64,000 nucleotides of DNA from Vicugna vicugna (Eukaryota): assembly GCA_013265495.1 (NCBI GenBank), contig MU058868.1:3722669-3786668 (forward strand), in the 5' to 3' direction. Within the stretch, counting starts at the first letter, position 1; every line of letters begins with the position of its first letter. The position numbers and the translations under genes were made by a program. This document shows positions 10,694-22,348 of the stretch, piece by piece. The notes under the pieces were generated by a model, which worked only from the letters and a program-made list of their open reading frames with translations, was not told the origin of the DNA and did no database searches.

Positions 10694-13600
10694 CTACAAC
10701 AACAAAGGTCAGAGGTCATTTCCAAAGCCAGAGGGTCAGACTCAGGGTTCCGGCAAAGCCCCTTAACGTTTCCGCAAAGGTTCACTGGACTACCTCCTAC
10801 TGACAGCGTTATCCCCCCTCCCGAAGGATGCTCCTGCAGGGGACTGGGCCAACCAAATGGATGTCAGCGCAGGAAAGAACCCTGACTGATTCCCTGCGTG
10901 AGAAAGTGCAGATCAGAGAGGCGCACCCGTGTCCGGGCTCATGTGGGAGCTGGTGGCCCAGGGATCAGAACCCACATCAGAGATGCTGGCTCTGTTCCCC
11001 TGGTTCCCCAAGAGGAGGAGCAGGGCCAGCCAGCACTGGCCATTCTGCCTGCAACAAACCCAGCTCTCCGGCGTCTGGGAGGTTAACAGGACATGGTAGG
11101 GGCGGGTGGCAGCCAGACCCAAAGGTGCCCACTGCGTCCCAGTCCCACTTCTGTGTCTAGACCAGAGAACAGCCCCGGCCCAGGTCCCCTGCACAGGAGG
11201 CCCCACTCCCAGCCTCCCAAACAGAAGGGCTGAGGCCCAATGTGTCCCTTTCCTAGGTGGCAGTCAGATGACCAGGAAAGAACCTCTTAAAGTGGGTGGA
11301 GGACCGCAACCAATGACACCCTCAATGGGCCCCAGCAAGCATGCGTTCCTAACAGACAGTAACCCATGAGCACAGGGTTATTAATGGGAGGAAATTGTAC
11401 AACCCCCTCAATCTTTTCCTTCTGCCAAGAGGCCTCTTCCTTAAAGTCAACCGCTAAAGCCACTTCAGAAAGTAACTGCCCGAAGTGCGTACTCATTCAG
11501 CCAGCAGCCACTTCTCACCCGCTGCATGCACCCCTAACCTGGTCCTCCCAGCTCCAGCAGCCGCCAAGGCACAGAGGCCGCCTTCCGCCCCAGAAATGCT
11601 CATCCCTCGAGATTGGAATGGTCTCTGCACCCCCAAAAGCCAAACTGGAGTCAAAGAAACCAGCCCACCCGGGCTGACCCTGCTGACAAACTGGGCACCG
11701 AGGGGAGGGAGGTCCTCGTGGCACAGTGACTGGCCAGCATCCCAGCCAGGAGCCGAGCTGGCCTCTCCCCATGAGGAGCCGCATGGAGGGCAGGGCTTAA
11801 AGCCATCAGAACAAAGAAGGCAAGACCCGCACCTAACCTGCGAGGCCTCCTTCTGAGCACCGCAAAGAGAAGTGGGAAGATCAGGACTAAAACTGGACGC
11901 TGTCTCATGGGGATGGGCTGGCCACGTGGTTTCTTATTTAAAAATCACTATTAGCATCAATTCTCTAACACTTTCCCAGAAGACATTTGGTCCAAACACG
12001 AACGAACAAACAAACAAAAAAATCCCAACAGCAAATCACAACCATTCCCAGCAGCTACTGTCACTGTGACCAGTCTGGCCACTCCCGCCTCGGAGCCTTG
12101 AGTTTTCACCAGTAAAGGAGCCAAGGGCAGCCTGCCTACCCTGCCTTTCCAGCCGCTCACCAGAAGCACCCCCCACAGGCAGAGAGGTGCTGGAGGACCT
12201 TAACGCTTTTCTGCCCACCCCACCTTGGGGCCGGAAGCCCCCATAGCATGCAGAGAATCTGCATCGCTGACACATGCCCTTTCGGGAGGCAAGGACATGC
12301 TCACCAGGGTGTCGGAGAACGGGGAAGCCGCCAGAGGCCTGGAGCCCGGGCTGGGGGCTTCTCACCCCTCACCGCCCCCAAGGCCACGGCGGCTGGGTGG
12401 TGCAGACCTTGGCCCGGCTAGCAGACCTGCCGCGAGAGGTCCGCCCTCCCAACAAGTCTGTCCACCCCGAACCTCAGCCTTCCAGACATCATCAGGCGCG
12501 CAGAACACCACATCTGGGGTAAAATGTAAATCCTGAAAGAACAGGATTCTAAGCAGTAAAGTTGGATCTGACCAAACGAAGACTTCGTACTGAGTTGTCT
12601 GAGGTCTTTCCCACATCACCAGAGCACGGTGGCCAAACCCAAATTAAAGCCACTCTACAAACACCAGCCTGCACTCTACAGACGTGTCTGGTCAGAGACA
12701 AAGAAGTGTGTGGACCAGAGGAGAGGTGGCAGCTACATTAATGGGCCCAGATGGGACCCTGTAAGCCAACGGTCTTGTACCCCCGTCAACTTCCTGCTTT
12801 CTCTAAGCACCGAGCTGATGCAAGAGGCTCACATTTCTGGAAGGATATGGGGAAGGTATGTGGGAACTTTGTGTACTGTTTTTCCACTTTTTTGAGTAAA
12901 TCTAAGTTTTTTTTTAAGTAAAGTTAAATCCTACCTCAGAATTCTCTGTTTAAACAGGTCTAAGGTTTTCATCCAGAATATTTAAAGGGACAAAAAAAAA
13001 AAAAGAGTGCTCAAAAGAGAAGATGCTCCTGTTCCATGAGGCGCTCCCGACAGTGCACAGGTGGGTGTCAGTCCATGTCCACGTGCAGGTGATGTCACCC
13101 CTCCTGCCTCCACAAGTTCCATCCATGTCTTGCTCCGCAAACATCCACAATCCCAGGGCTACAGCCCAGAACAGGAGGCAGTCTCCCCGACCAGGCACAC
13201 AACCGGGGACCTCAGGCAGACGGCTGTGGACCTGTGCTGCCTCCTCAGTCACCCAGCTCCTCTTCAGGTAGCAAATGCAGACGCTGGCTCCATATGGGCC
13301 CAGGCCACCAGTGTTTATGAAGCCACAAAGCAGAGGGACCAGTGCCCTGTGACCAGGAGCCCAGGAGCCCCCTCAGCATCAGCCTTGGCCACTGTGAGGG
13401 GAGACGCTACCTCCGGTGACTGCGGAAACAGCCTCGCCCCCCAGGGCCCACCATGTTAGCTTAGTGACCGTGAGAAAGGCCCGGGAAAGCACACAAGACC
13501 CTAATTTCCAAGTACTCTGAGACAGCAAGGGTCATAATAGGACAGTGGAAATGGGAGCAGTGACACAGCTCTGATTCTAACAAGAGTCCACAGAGGACAG

Positions 13601-13877
13601 ACAGGTTCTGTGACGCGAAACCACAGTAATAAACATATTGTAAAAGACAAGGGTTAAAAATAGCAACAGCTACAGCACATCCGCCCCTGCCCAGTGCCCT
13701 GCTCGTCACATCCTGAACTTCTCATCTTCATGTGTGTGGTCACACAAGACCCGCCCACCTCCTGCAAGTAAGGAAGTGTCCTGTCACCACCTTGCAGCAT
13801 CACGGTGACAGCAGGTGAGTGACAGAGAGAGTGGGTCTTTCCTTCACATGTTCAAGGTCAAAGTATTTGCTTACTCT

Positions 13878-13926
13878 GGGTGGATGGATGGATGGATGGG
13901 TGGACAGAAGGATGGATGGATGGACA
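13878..13926. repeat. (TGGA)n microsatellite, imperfect
   Basis: tggatggatggatggatgggtggacagaaggatggatggatgga. Confidence 0.9.
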
Positions 13927-14574
13927 GGTAGCTAGGCAGGGAGAAGTAACAGAAATGAGTTTGGGGGAATGAGATTTGGAGAGAAAGGTCAAGTGTAAAT
14001 AAGTAAAACTACACAAGGACCAGGACTGTGCACTGAAGCTGGTTTCTTCCCCACCGCCGCACAGTAACACACAGGTGAGTAGCCCCAGGCCTGCGAGGTT
14101 TGTTCTTATATGCTACCTCAGAAAAGAGAGAGAGGCTCCCATCTCTGGAAAAAGGTAAGGAGAGATAGGTATGCCCTTCCTTAAGCCCTTTGAAAAATAA
14201 AGGAAAAGATGCCTCTAAGACACTGAACTGGGCCCTGAGGTCTACTTTCCAAGGTCGCTAGACGCAGGCCAGGACACAGCCTCTCCAGGAAAGGAGAGCG
14301 GGCAGCAGCTCCACCGGGCTCTCCAGCCAGTCGGCTCTCCTTCTGGCCTTTTCAGGGCGCTCGTGCCGGCCTCCAGCACCTGAGCAGGGAAAGGAGGGAA
14401 AAGTCCCTGGAAACCATCAGCACTGCGGGCCGGCCAGGTCCCCCAGTAAGGCCGCCTCAGGGTTTCTCTCCTCCAGGCCCGAGGCTGCCTGTGCCCCGTC
14501 TGGAGGTCCACACAAGGGTTGCTGTGCCAGCCCATCCTCCAGACAAAAGCAGACTGTTCTCCACGTGCACAGGC

Positions 14575-14760
14575 TTGGCCGGGCTTCAGGGTTCCAATCC
14601 TGGCTCCACCCCTTAACTGCTGAGTAACTTGGACAAATCACTTAACTTCTCTGTGCCTCAATCTCCTTGTCTGAATTACAGAGGTAATACTACCACCTAC
14701 TCCACAGGACGACGGGGGATTAAACGAGGGGATACCGACCCCGTGCTAAGCCCCTGGCTG
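14575..14760 (+). mobile_element. MIR SINE
   Basis: gggttccaatcctggctcc..aacttggacaaatcacttaacttctctgtgcctcaatctcc. Confidence 0.75.
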
Positions 14761-16627
14761 GGAGCAGTTTGCGCTGCATCAGTGTTGCCTGTCACCACAA
14801 CCACGGAGCCATCAGCTCCACTTCCACAACTCAGGTTTACCCTGAAGACCCAGATCATCTCCTCCGGGAAGGCTTCGAGGAAACCTAGAGCCAGGCTCAG
14901 GTTCTGACTCAATTACTACTAGCCGGGAAACCCTTATCCTCTCAAATTCTGCTTCTTGATCTGTAATTCGTCTTCTTACAGGGTTTTGCCAGGATAAAAC
15001 AAAATTCATAGTAATAACAGTTACCGGGTAAGGCCTTTTACACAGATCACCTCATTTCATCCTCTCAGCAATTCCCACGAGGTAGCATGATTACCCACAT
15101 TTTATAGGTTAGGAGAATAACCTTAGGTGACACTACCCCCAAGGAAGGGCCCAGGTCACCACGCGGCCTGTCCCCTGGGGAACTGACGCAGTGCACACCA
15201 AAAGGGGGGATCCCTGCAATCGCACTTTCTTAGACTTTCAAAAGGCAGAGCAAGGCCAGACCTTGGGGCTCCCACTCTCCTTTCCAGACCAACCACATTG
15301 CAGCAGCGCTGCCACCTCTCGCTCTGTGATCTCTGGGACGCGTGCGGGGGCACAGAGGGACCTACTTCTTCCCTGTGCAGAGGATTCTGTCCAGTTCTTG
15401 TGAACAAACCAGTGCTTTTACCAGAGCGACCGTCTCCAGGTCACAGAGCACCCTCTCTGTGCAGGTTGGCGGCTTTGCTCCGGAGCAGTCTGAACGCAGC
15501 CTCTCTCAACGGCAGCGTCTGCTTGTGAAGCGGAAGCAAAGGCCTGGAGGCCTGCTTGGCCCGAGGCTTTTCAGCCAGGCTTGGCGGCGGGCAGTATGCC
15601 GCACCTCCCTAGGGAGACGTGGCTCCAGCCTCCTTTTTCTTTAAGAGGAGAAGCGTCCATGGGCCAAAAGCAACCAGAAGGCTCACCACATGAACCTGCG
15701 GCCCCCAGAGGCTGGGGCAGAGACCCCAGGGGCGGCCAGGACGCAGCTGGGCCCGAGGGCAGCAGAGGGAGCGGAGTCCAGGCCCCCGGGGAGGGGGTTC
15801 AGGCCGCAAGGACAGAGTCTCTGGGTGAGAGGAGGCTGAGAGGCCAGCGGACTCCGACCCCTGGCAGGCGCTCTGCTGCCTGGACACTCGGGGCCTGGCC
15901 TGTCCCTCACGAGTCCGTGACACATGCCGGCCGTCCCTGTGAGGAGGGACGTGAGCAGGACACTGGGCATCAGCCTTCACTAGTCGCTCCTTCCACTCGT
16001 CCCCCTTCCGAGTGGCCTCAACCTGGGCTTCGCGGGTGGACACAGACACGACCTCGCGTGCGCCCGCGCCCAGACACGGGCGGGGCGGGGCCCAGGCCAG
16101 CGCAGGCGCGGACGGTCCCCGCACTGGCACCCAGCTCGCCCACCGGGGGTGCCCTGGACCCGGCCATTTCCTTCTCCAGCCTCCTCCCCGCTTCTTTTCC
16201 AGTGAAGAGAACAGCCCACCTGCTTCTCAGGGGCTGGGAGGATGCCCTGGGCGGGCGCCCTGCGTCCTCCGCCTCCAGACCCTCCCCTGCCTTCCTGCCG
16301 CCTCCACTCAGCAGCCGGACCCTCCTGGCAGCTACGCTGTGTCAGGGCCACGTCTGGCCTCAGAGGCCAGTGACTGACACTGGTCTGTCCTCCCCAGTTA
16401 TCAGCCAGCCATCCCAGGGGCTCTGTTCCCCTTGGCCACCAATCCTGTTTGCTAGGCTTTTTAGATGGAAAGTTCTGTAGCCTCATCTCAGCTCCAGGTT
16501 CCCTGTCCTCCTCTCTAAACTCACCCAGAGTTCACCGGCTCACACAGGTGACTGCCCCACAAGGTGAACAAAGCCCTTCAGGTCAGATCAGGCTACCTGC
16601 GAAAGAGCTTTAGAAAGCTGCACGTCC

Positions 16628-17212
16628 CACTGTGAAAACAGTATGGCAGGTCCTTAAAAAACACACATACACATGATCCAGCAATTCCACTTCCTGCTAT
16701 TTACCCCAAACAATAATGACTCCAACAGAGTTGTGTACACCTACGTTCACTGCAGCAGCATTCCCAGCAGCCGAAAGTGGAAGCAACCCAAGTACCCATC
16801 AGTGGATGATGGGTAAACAAAATACAGCCTATCCACACAGCAGAATATTACTCAGCCTTACAAAGGAAGGAAATCGACACCTGCTGGAACACTGCTAAAC
16901 CTGGGGAACCTTATCCTGAGTGAAACAGGCCAGTCACAAAGGCAAAAACATAAAATTCCACTTAATGTGAGGTCCCTAGAACAGGCAAACTCAGAGAGAC
17001 AGAAAAGTGGAAGGGTAGCTACCAGGGGCAGGGGAGCTAGAAATGGAAGGTCAGTGTTTCATGGGGACACTAAAGGAATGAAAAAGTTCTGGAGATGGCT
17101 GGTGCTGATGGCTGCATAGCAGCAGTAATGCACTTAATGCCACCGTATACTTAAAGATGGTTAAAAATTGTGAATTTTACATTACGTGTATCTATTTTAC
17201 CACAATAAAAAT
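16628..17212 (+). mobile_element. old L1 (L1MB-like) 3' fragment
   Basis: atccagcaattccacttc..aagtggaagcaacccaagtacccatcagtggatga..aagttctggagatgg..acttaaagatggttaaaaattgtgaatttta..caataaaaa. Confidence 0.85.
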
Positions 17213-17266
17213 ACATAATTTTTCAAACGGAGGAAAGGTTTTAGACTGGCACGTCTTACTCTCCAC

Positions 17267-17445
17267 CAGTGCTTCTCAAAGAAGGGCTCTGGGCCAGCAG
17301 CATCAAGCACCACCAGTGAAGTTGTTAGAAATGCAAATTGTCATGCCAAGCCCCAGATCTGACTTCAGAAACAGGCGGGACAAGGATTGGCGATTTAACA
17401 AGCCCCCCAGGTTGTCCTGAATCTCGCTGAAGTTTGAGAACCACT
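17267..17445. mobile_element. MER5A-like DNA transposon remnant
   Basis: TIRs cagtgcttctcaaa / tttgagaaccact; internal gttgttagaaatgcaaatt and tttaacaagccccccaggt. Confidence 0.8.
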
Positions 17446-19089
17446 CCTCTGCATAACCCTATTAATTCTAGCTGGTTCCCTCTGTCTAGGCTCTTCCCTC
17501 CTTACCCCCTCCATCCTTAATGACAGTTAAGAACCCCACTGTCAGGATGCTCATGGGATGAACTTACCCGTTCCCATGACACTCAGAGGGAACTACACCT
17601 TGTTAAGAAGGTGACTGTTCCCAGGCTTCCCAAATGAGGCTCTGTGGACCCCGTGCAGCAGAATGACACGGCAGGAGTCTCTGTAAACACCCATTTCCCG
17701 ACTTAACCCAGGGGATACCCTGCATCTAGCACAGGCGCTAAGGTAAAGGGGCCCCAAGTAAGTACCTGACAAATGAATGCGCAAACGTGCAACAGAGCGT
17801 ATCTACACGTCCCGCATCAGGATGTCAACTGTCATCGACGAAAGTAAAACTCCTTGTTCATGACATTCCACCCACCTCCAATAATTAGCCTGAATGTACA
17901 TTCACCAGCACAAGGCCCCGCACAGTCTGCAGAGAGCCTCACATCCTTTTATAATCTGAATTCAAAGCCAGCTTGACCCCTGCCTCCCCCTAAAGCCCTC
18001 CCGACCAGAATCTGCAGAAACCCGGGCCTTCCTCACACCGTCTGATTCTCCAGCAACCAATTAACGAACCTATGGCTCGGCCACCACAGTCTCAAGTTGT
18101 CATAAAATATTCTACCTTTGTGTTTACGTCCGTGTTCCAGCAGGAGACTTATCTTCTAAGTCTGCATCTGCACAGCACTCACCACAAAACCAGCTGCCCT
18201 GGAGGTCTCAATACCCTACTGCCAAACCTTCCCTGGTCTTGTATTCACAGGTGTCACCCTACCTGTCCTCTCCTCTGCTAGTGCCCAGACCCTCCTGGCC
18301 TCACGGTTAGCATCTCTCAGCCACACCCACGCCAGCTTGGGAGCCTTGGCCCTGGGACAAAGTGTGAGCCAACGGCCCAGACTTCACCACAGCCTGTCCC
18401 CATTAATTCCACGTGACCCCAAAGTCACATGTACCATCCGACAAATTAGAATTGTCTCACCTTCCTCTGTATCACTGTCCCCAACATCACTACCCTCCAT
18501 TCACCCACTGCCTTTCTCCATCCTTCATAGCCAGCCCGTGACACCTGGTTCCTGCACCCACCCAGTCACCTTCCTTCCCGCCCAACTCACTCAACCTCCT
18601 GCTGAGCTAGGTCAAGACCTTGCTCTGCCGTGAAGCCCCCGTCCAGTCACACTTGCAGTTGCACCACTGAGCTCCCAGCCTCCGACCCACATGGGATAAT
18701 GCTCTTACACCAAGAGGTGAAGGCTCGGACTCTGCAATCAGGCCCATTTGTAAACCCTGGCTTTGCCACGTTGAAAAGCTGGGGCATCCTGGATGCGTAT
18801 TTTAAATTCTTGGAGTTGCTGCCCATGAGGACTGCTGTGACGAGCATATGGGATACTGAGGGAAAGAGCCTTGCCCACAACCGGCCCTTGCCCTGCAGGA
18901 CACATCACTCACGTGCACTTATCTGAGAACCCGCTCAGAAGGGAACACACACCTCAGGGCTGCGGAGGAGCCTCTGATGAAGCACAATGAAGTCTAGAGC
19001 AAAGCAGCCCCAGAGAGCACAGCCAGAGAGCCTGGAGCCCGCGCCCCGGGCTGGGTTAGCACAGGGAGCCTGGGGCTCCCCCCAAACCC

Positions 19090-19195
19090 ACCACCACTGG
19101 TTCAGAAGGGAGAAGCCCGGACAGTGAGTCAGAATCTGCATTTTCACAAGCTCCCCAGGTGATATGTGTGCACATTAAAGTGAAAAGCACTGCTT
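19090..19195. mobile_element. MER5-like fragment
   Basis: tcagaatctgcattttt..caagctccccaggtgat..aaagtgaaaagcactgct. Confidence 0.6.
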
Positions 19196-20419
19196 TGGAG
19201 ATGCCCCACAGCCCCTGCCAGCCCCCAAGCTTCCTCCAGTACACTACGTTGTAGTCCCGGGGCCTGTTTTTCATGTGTTTCCACAGGGCTGCAGGGAAGG
19301 CAGTGTAGATAGTGCAGCCAGGAACAGACTGAAGTCAAACTACTCAGTTCAAAGCCTGCTGCACAGGGCTGCTGGGGAGATTCCACAAGAAATGCCGGAG
19401 AGCCCAGAACGCGGCCTGGCGCTCAGCAAGGCTCTTGGTCCCCGTGAGCCATTTTTAGCTGCTGCTGCAGAAATAAGAGCCGCGAGAATGAGGTGGGAAA
19501 GGAAAGTCTCTCGGAGGCACTGATATATAAGCAGAAAGACCAGTCACCAGCCATGACTGAGGGGAAGAGCTAAGAAATACAAGTGATCAAGGTGGAGGCA
19601 GCTGCAATCCCAGGGGTTGGGGAACGCTGTGCGGGCCTACAGGCCCTCAAGTTTCATCTAAATAGAACGGGCAGCCTCTGAAGGCTTGTGTGATGTGGCG
19701 TGTCCTCCAATACCACTATAGTTATATTGCCTGCAGTGGCTGCAGGACCCCGGAGCGGAGCGGAGAGACCACTAAGGAGGCCCCAGCGGTGGTCGGTTAA
19801 GAGAGAAGCATCGGCTTAGGCCAAGGCTGAGAGAAGTGGTCAGACTCTGGAACTACTCTGAAGACAGGGCTGCTGGTGAACTGGACCTGTCAGGACATGA
19901 GGACGGCTCGTTTGTAGCCTGCGTAACTGAGCTGAGTGCTGTGGGATCTGGGTCAAGGAAAGTCGAGACATCCAGGAGACAAGCACAAGGATGTCAGGGA
20001 TGGGTCCATGACCGCAGGCTGGCACTCAGGGAAGAACTCCAGGCTCAGGAGCAAACACTCACAACACTGTAAGCCCTTGAAGACAAAGGTAAAGTCGTTC
20101 TCCCCTCTGAGACCTTCACCACCGTATCATATGCGTAGAGCAGATGCTCGATACACATCAGTCAACAGCACTTCAGGACAAAGTGAGATGGAGGTGTTTG
20201 GCGGGTGGTGATCGTGATGATGGGGCTTAGGTGAGAATTTGTAGAGCAGTGTCTCTAAGGAGTTGGGAGAAGAGTCAAGATTCCAGGGCTGCGGAACGAG
20301 TACTGGTTCCTGAAGACTGGCTCACTTTATGGAAGAAAAGCAAACAGGCAGAGCAGGTTTGGGAATGTGAGGAGAAATGTGGAATGTCTTCCACCAGTAA
20401 GCTCAGGAGGAGGGGTGTA

Positions 20420-20570
20420 GAGTTGGTCTTGTGTATCCCCGGGTTCTGCATCCACAGATTCAACCAAACCCCAGCTACGCCATTTTATCTAGAGGACTTG
20501 AGTACTGGTGGATCCCAGTGGCCGCTGGGGGTTCTGTAACCAATCATCTGTGGACACTGAGGGATGACTG
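20420..20570. mobile_element. MER2/Tigger-family DNA transposon, internally deleted
   Basis: gtatccccgggttctgcatccacagattcaacc...ggacttgag...ccaatc..tggacactgagggatgactg match both MER2 ends. Confidence 0.65.
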
Positions 20571-21518
20571 GTACTCCTGGGAGGTGGCAGCAAGATGAAA
20601 TACTGGTTCAGGGAAGTTGGGGCACCATCAAGTGGGAGGGTCTGGAAAGATTACGGAGCTGGGGTGACGTCTCTCCTCCCTACCTCTCACAATGCCTTGG
20701 AAGTGGGCATGTATCCTTGACAATTATGGACCAGAATATAGCCAGACTTTCCCTTTCTAATATGGATGAAAGCTTCCTCTTCCTGGAATGAGAGCTCCTC
20801 AGAGACCCTGCAGAGGATAGCCAGCACATCCCTCTCTCAAGGAACCTACTGCACATGACTCCAGTCCAGCCCTCCCCTTTTCCTCTGGGACAAACATCTT
20901 GATAGAAGCTCCCTGACATGAAGAAAGCAAAACCCAGGACAGGTGCCTCTTAGTCCCCGCTACTGTGTCAGTACCCAGTGAGCGCTCCTGACCCATTGTC
21001 CTGGGGGTTTCGGGGACCCAAGGATAAACAAGTTCCTGGCAGGAGGCACAGGACACAAAGTGAGCAGGGCGATGAGTGAGCGCATGTGAGGTGGTGGGAG
21101 AGGCCGCAGAGCCCGTGTGAAGCTCGTCTGGCCTTCGCCACCACTGCTCTCCAGGCAAAACCAGCTCTCTCCTCCGTGCGCCTACTGCTGTCAAGCCTGC
21201 ACACCTGCCTGTGTCTCCCAACTCCTACTCCGCCAGGCGGGGCGCCGGGTCTCGCCCAAAGTGTGCACCTGACAGAGACCTAGGGAAAAATTCCCAAAGG
21301 CTAGGGAATCGGCCCTGGTGCCAGCCACCCACAGTCCGAATCCCCCCTTTACTACTTCCTGCTGTGTGACCTTGGGCGTGTGGCTTAGCCTCTCTGGGCC
21401 AGGTTGGGTCGTGCAACCCTGGGGCGCGCGAACTGGCCCGGCCTCCCGGGCCCTGCGCGGCGGCGCCGAACCCGCAGGTGCGCCGGCCTCCCGCGGGCGC
21501 GCACGGCCCGCCGCTCAC

Positions 21519-21788
21519 CCAGTTTCCGAAGCCGAACTGCTCGATGGCATCCAGCAGCAGCTGCTCCTCGCGACTGGTCCAGCCACCCTCGGCCTCNNNN
21601 NNNNNNNNNNNNNNNNNNNNNNNNNNNNNNNNNNNNNNNNNNNNNNNNNNNNNNNNNNNNNNNNNNNNNNNNNNNNNNNNNNNNNNNNNNNNNNNNNNNN
21701 NNNNNNNNNNNNNNNNNNNNNNNNNNNNNNNNNNNNNNNNNNNNNNNNNNNNNNNNNNNNNNNNNNNNNNNNNNNNNNNNNNNNCCAT
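21519..21788 (-). CDS. TADA2B: TADA2B coding exon 1 (270 nt; 188 nt unresolved as N)
   Basis: Strong Kozak gggaagATGG at 21788; after the gap EAEGGWTSREEQLLLDAIEQFGFGNW in the same frame; donor TGG|gtgagc at 21518. Confidence 0.92.
21597..21784. other. assembly gap (188 N) inside TADA2B exon 1
   Basis: Run of N. Confidence 0.99.
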
Positions 21789-21837
21789 CTTCCCCCGCCC
21801 GCCGCCCGCGCCCGCCGCCGCGCCCGCCGCCGTCAGA

Positions 21838-21945
21838 NNNNNNNNNNNNNNNNNNNNNNNNNNNNNNNNNNNNNNNNNNNNNNNNNNNNNNNNNNNNNNN
21901 NNNNNNNNNNNNNNNNNNNNNNNNNNNNNNNNNNNNNNNNNNNNN
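21838..21945. other. assembly gap (108 N) in TADA2B 5' UTR/promoter
   Basis: Run of N. Confidence 0.99.
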
Positions 21946-22285
21946 CGCTGTCGCCCCGCCGCACCGCGCAGGCGCCCCGCGCGCGCCACCTCGCGGGGAC
22001 CTGGCCCGCCGCTCTGCGCCTGCGCGGCCCTCGCGCCGGCTGCCCGTGGCTCCCAGCGCCACCCCGACGTCCCGCCCCAGGCTGGGCGCGGGGAAAAGGG
22101 CGAAAAGAAGCGCGGCGGATGCGCCACGCCCCTCGCTGAGCGAGCCTACGTCCTCCCCCAATCAACGCCACCCCTCGTCCTCCCGCGGCCTCCTATTGGT
22201 CTTCTCTTGCCGGGAGGCGGGGAGAAGGGGGCAGGGCGTCGCGCTGACGTCCAGCCAATCGCCGGGCCCACCGTGTGCGCCCCTG

Positions 22286-22300
22286 GTTGCCCCTGGAAAC
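22286..22300. promoter_or_regulatory. RFX X-box motif GTTGCC-CCT-GGAAAC
   Basis: Fits the GTTNCC(N1-3)RGNAAC consensus; ends 48 nt upstream of the CCDC96 ATG. Confidence 0.65.
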
Positions 22301-22348
22301 CTAACAGTCCGCATCCCTGGTCCGCAGCGCTGGCCCTGCGGGAGGGAG

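Larger units (their letters stand above)
9701..21788 (-). other. TADA2B: TADA2B gene (join complement 21519..21788, 9701..10693; 420 aa); SAGA HAT-module adaptor with ZZ, SANT and SWIRM-like domains
   Basis: 270 + 993 nt = 421 codons; translation EAEGGWTSREEQLLLDAIEQFGFGNW|EDMAAHVG...GWISRDAS* matches recalled ADA2B. Confidence 0.96.
21789..22348. promoter_or_regulatory. bidirectional promoter between TADA2B and CCDC96 (560 bp between start codons)
   Basis: Divergent ATGs at 21788(-) and 22349(+); CCAAT boxes at 22158-22162, 22195-22199 (reverse) and 22255-22259; CRE-like TGACGTCC at 22245-22252; GC boxes. Confidence 0.85.

Noticed and set aside
15581-16486. 299-aa, 173-aa and 168-aa ORFs in the TADA2B intron
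   Set aside because: Pro/Gly/Arg/Ala-rich chance ORFs on both strands of GC-rich DNA, with no recognisable domain.
21404-22348. 315-codon upstream extension in the 869-aa ORF, and the other long ORFs at 21225-22440
   Set aside because: They run through N gaps and a stop-poor CpG island. The ATG at 22349 has a good Kozak context and matches the orthologue start.
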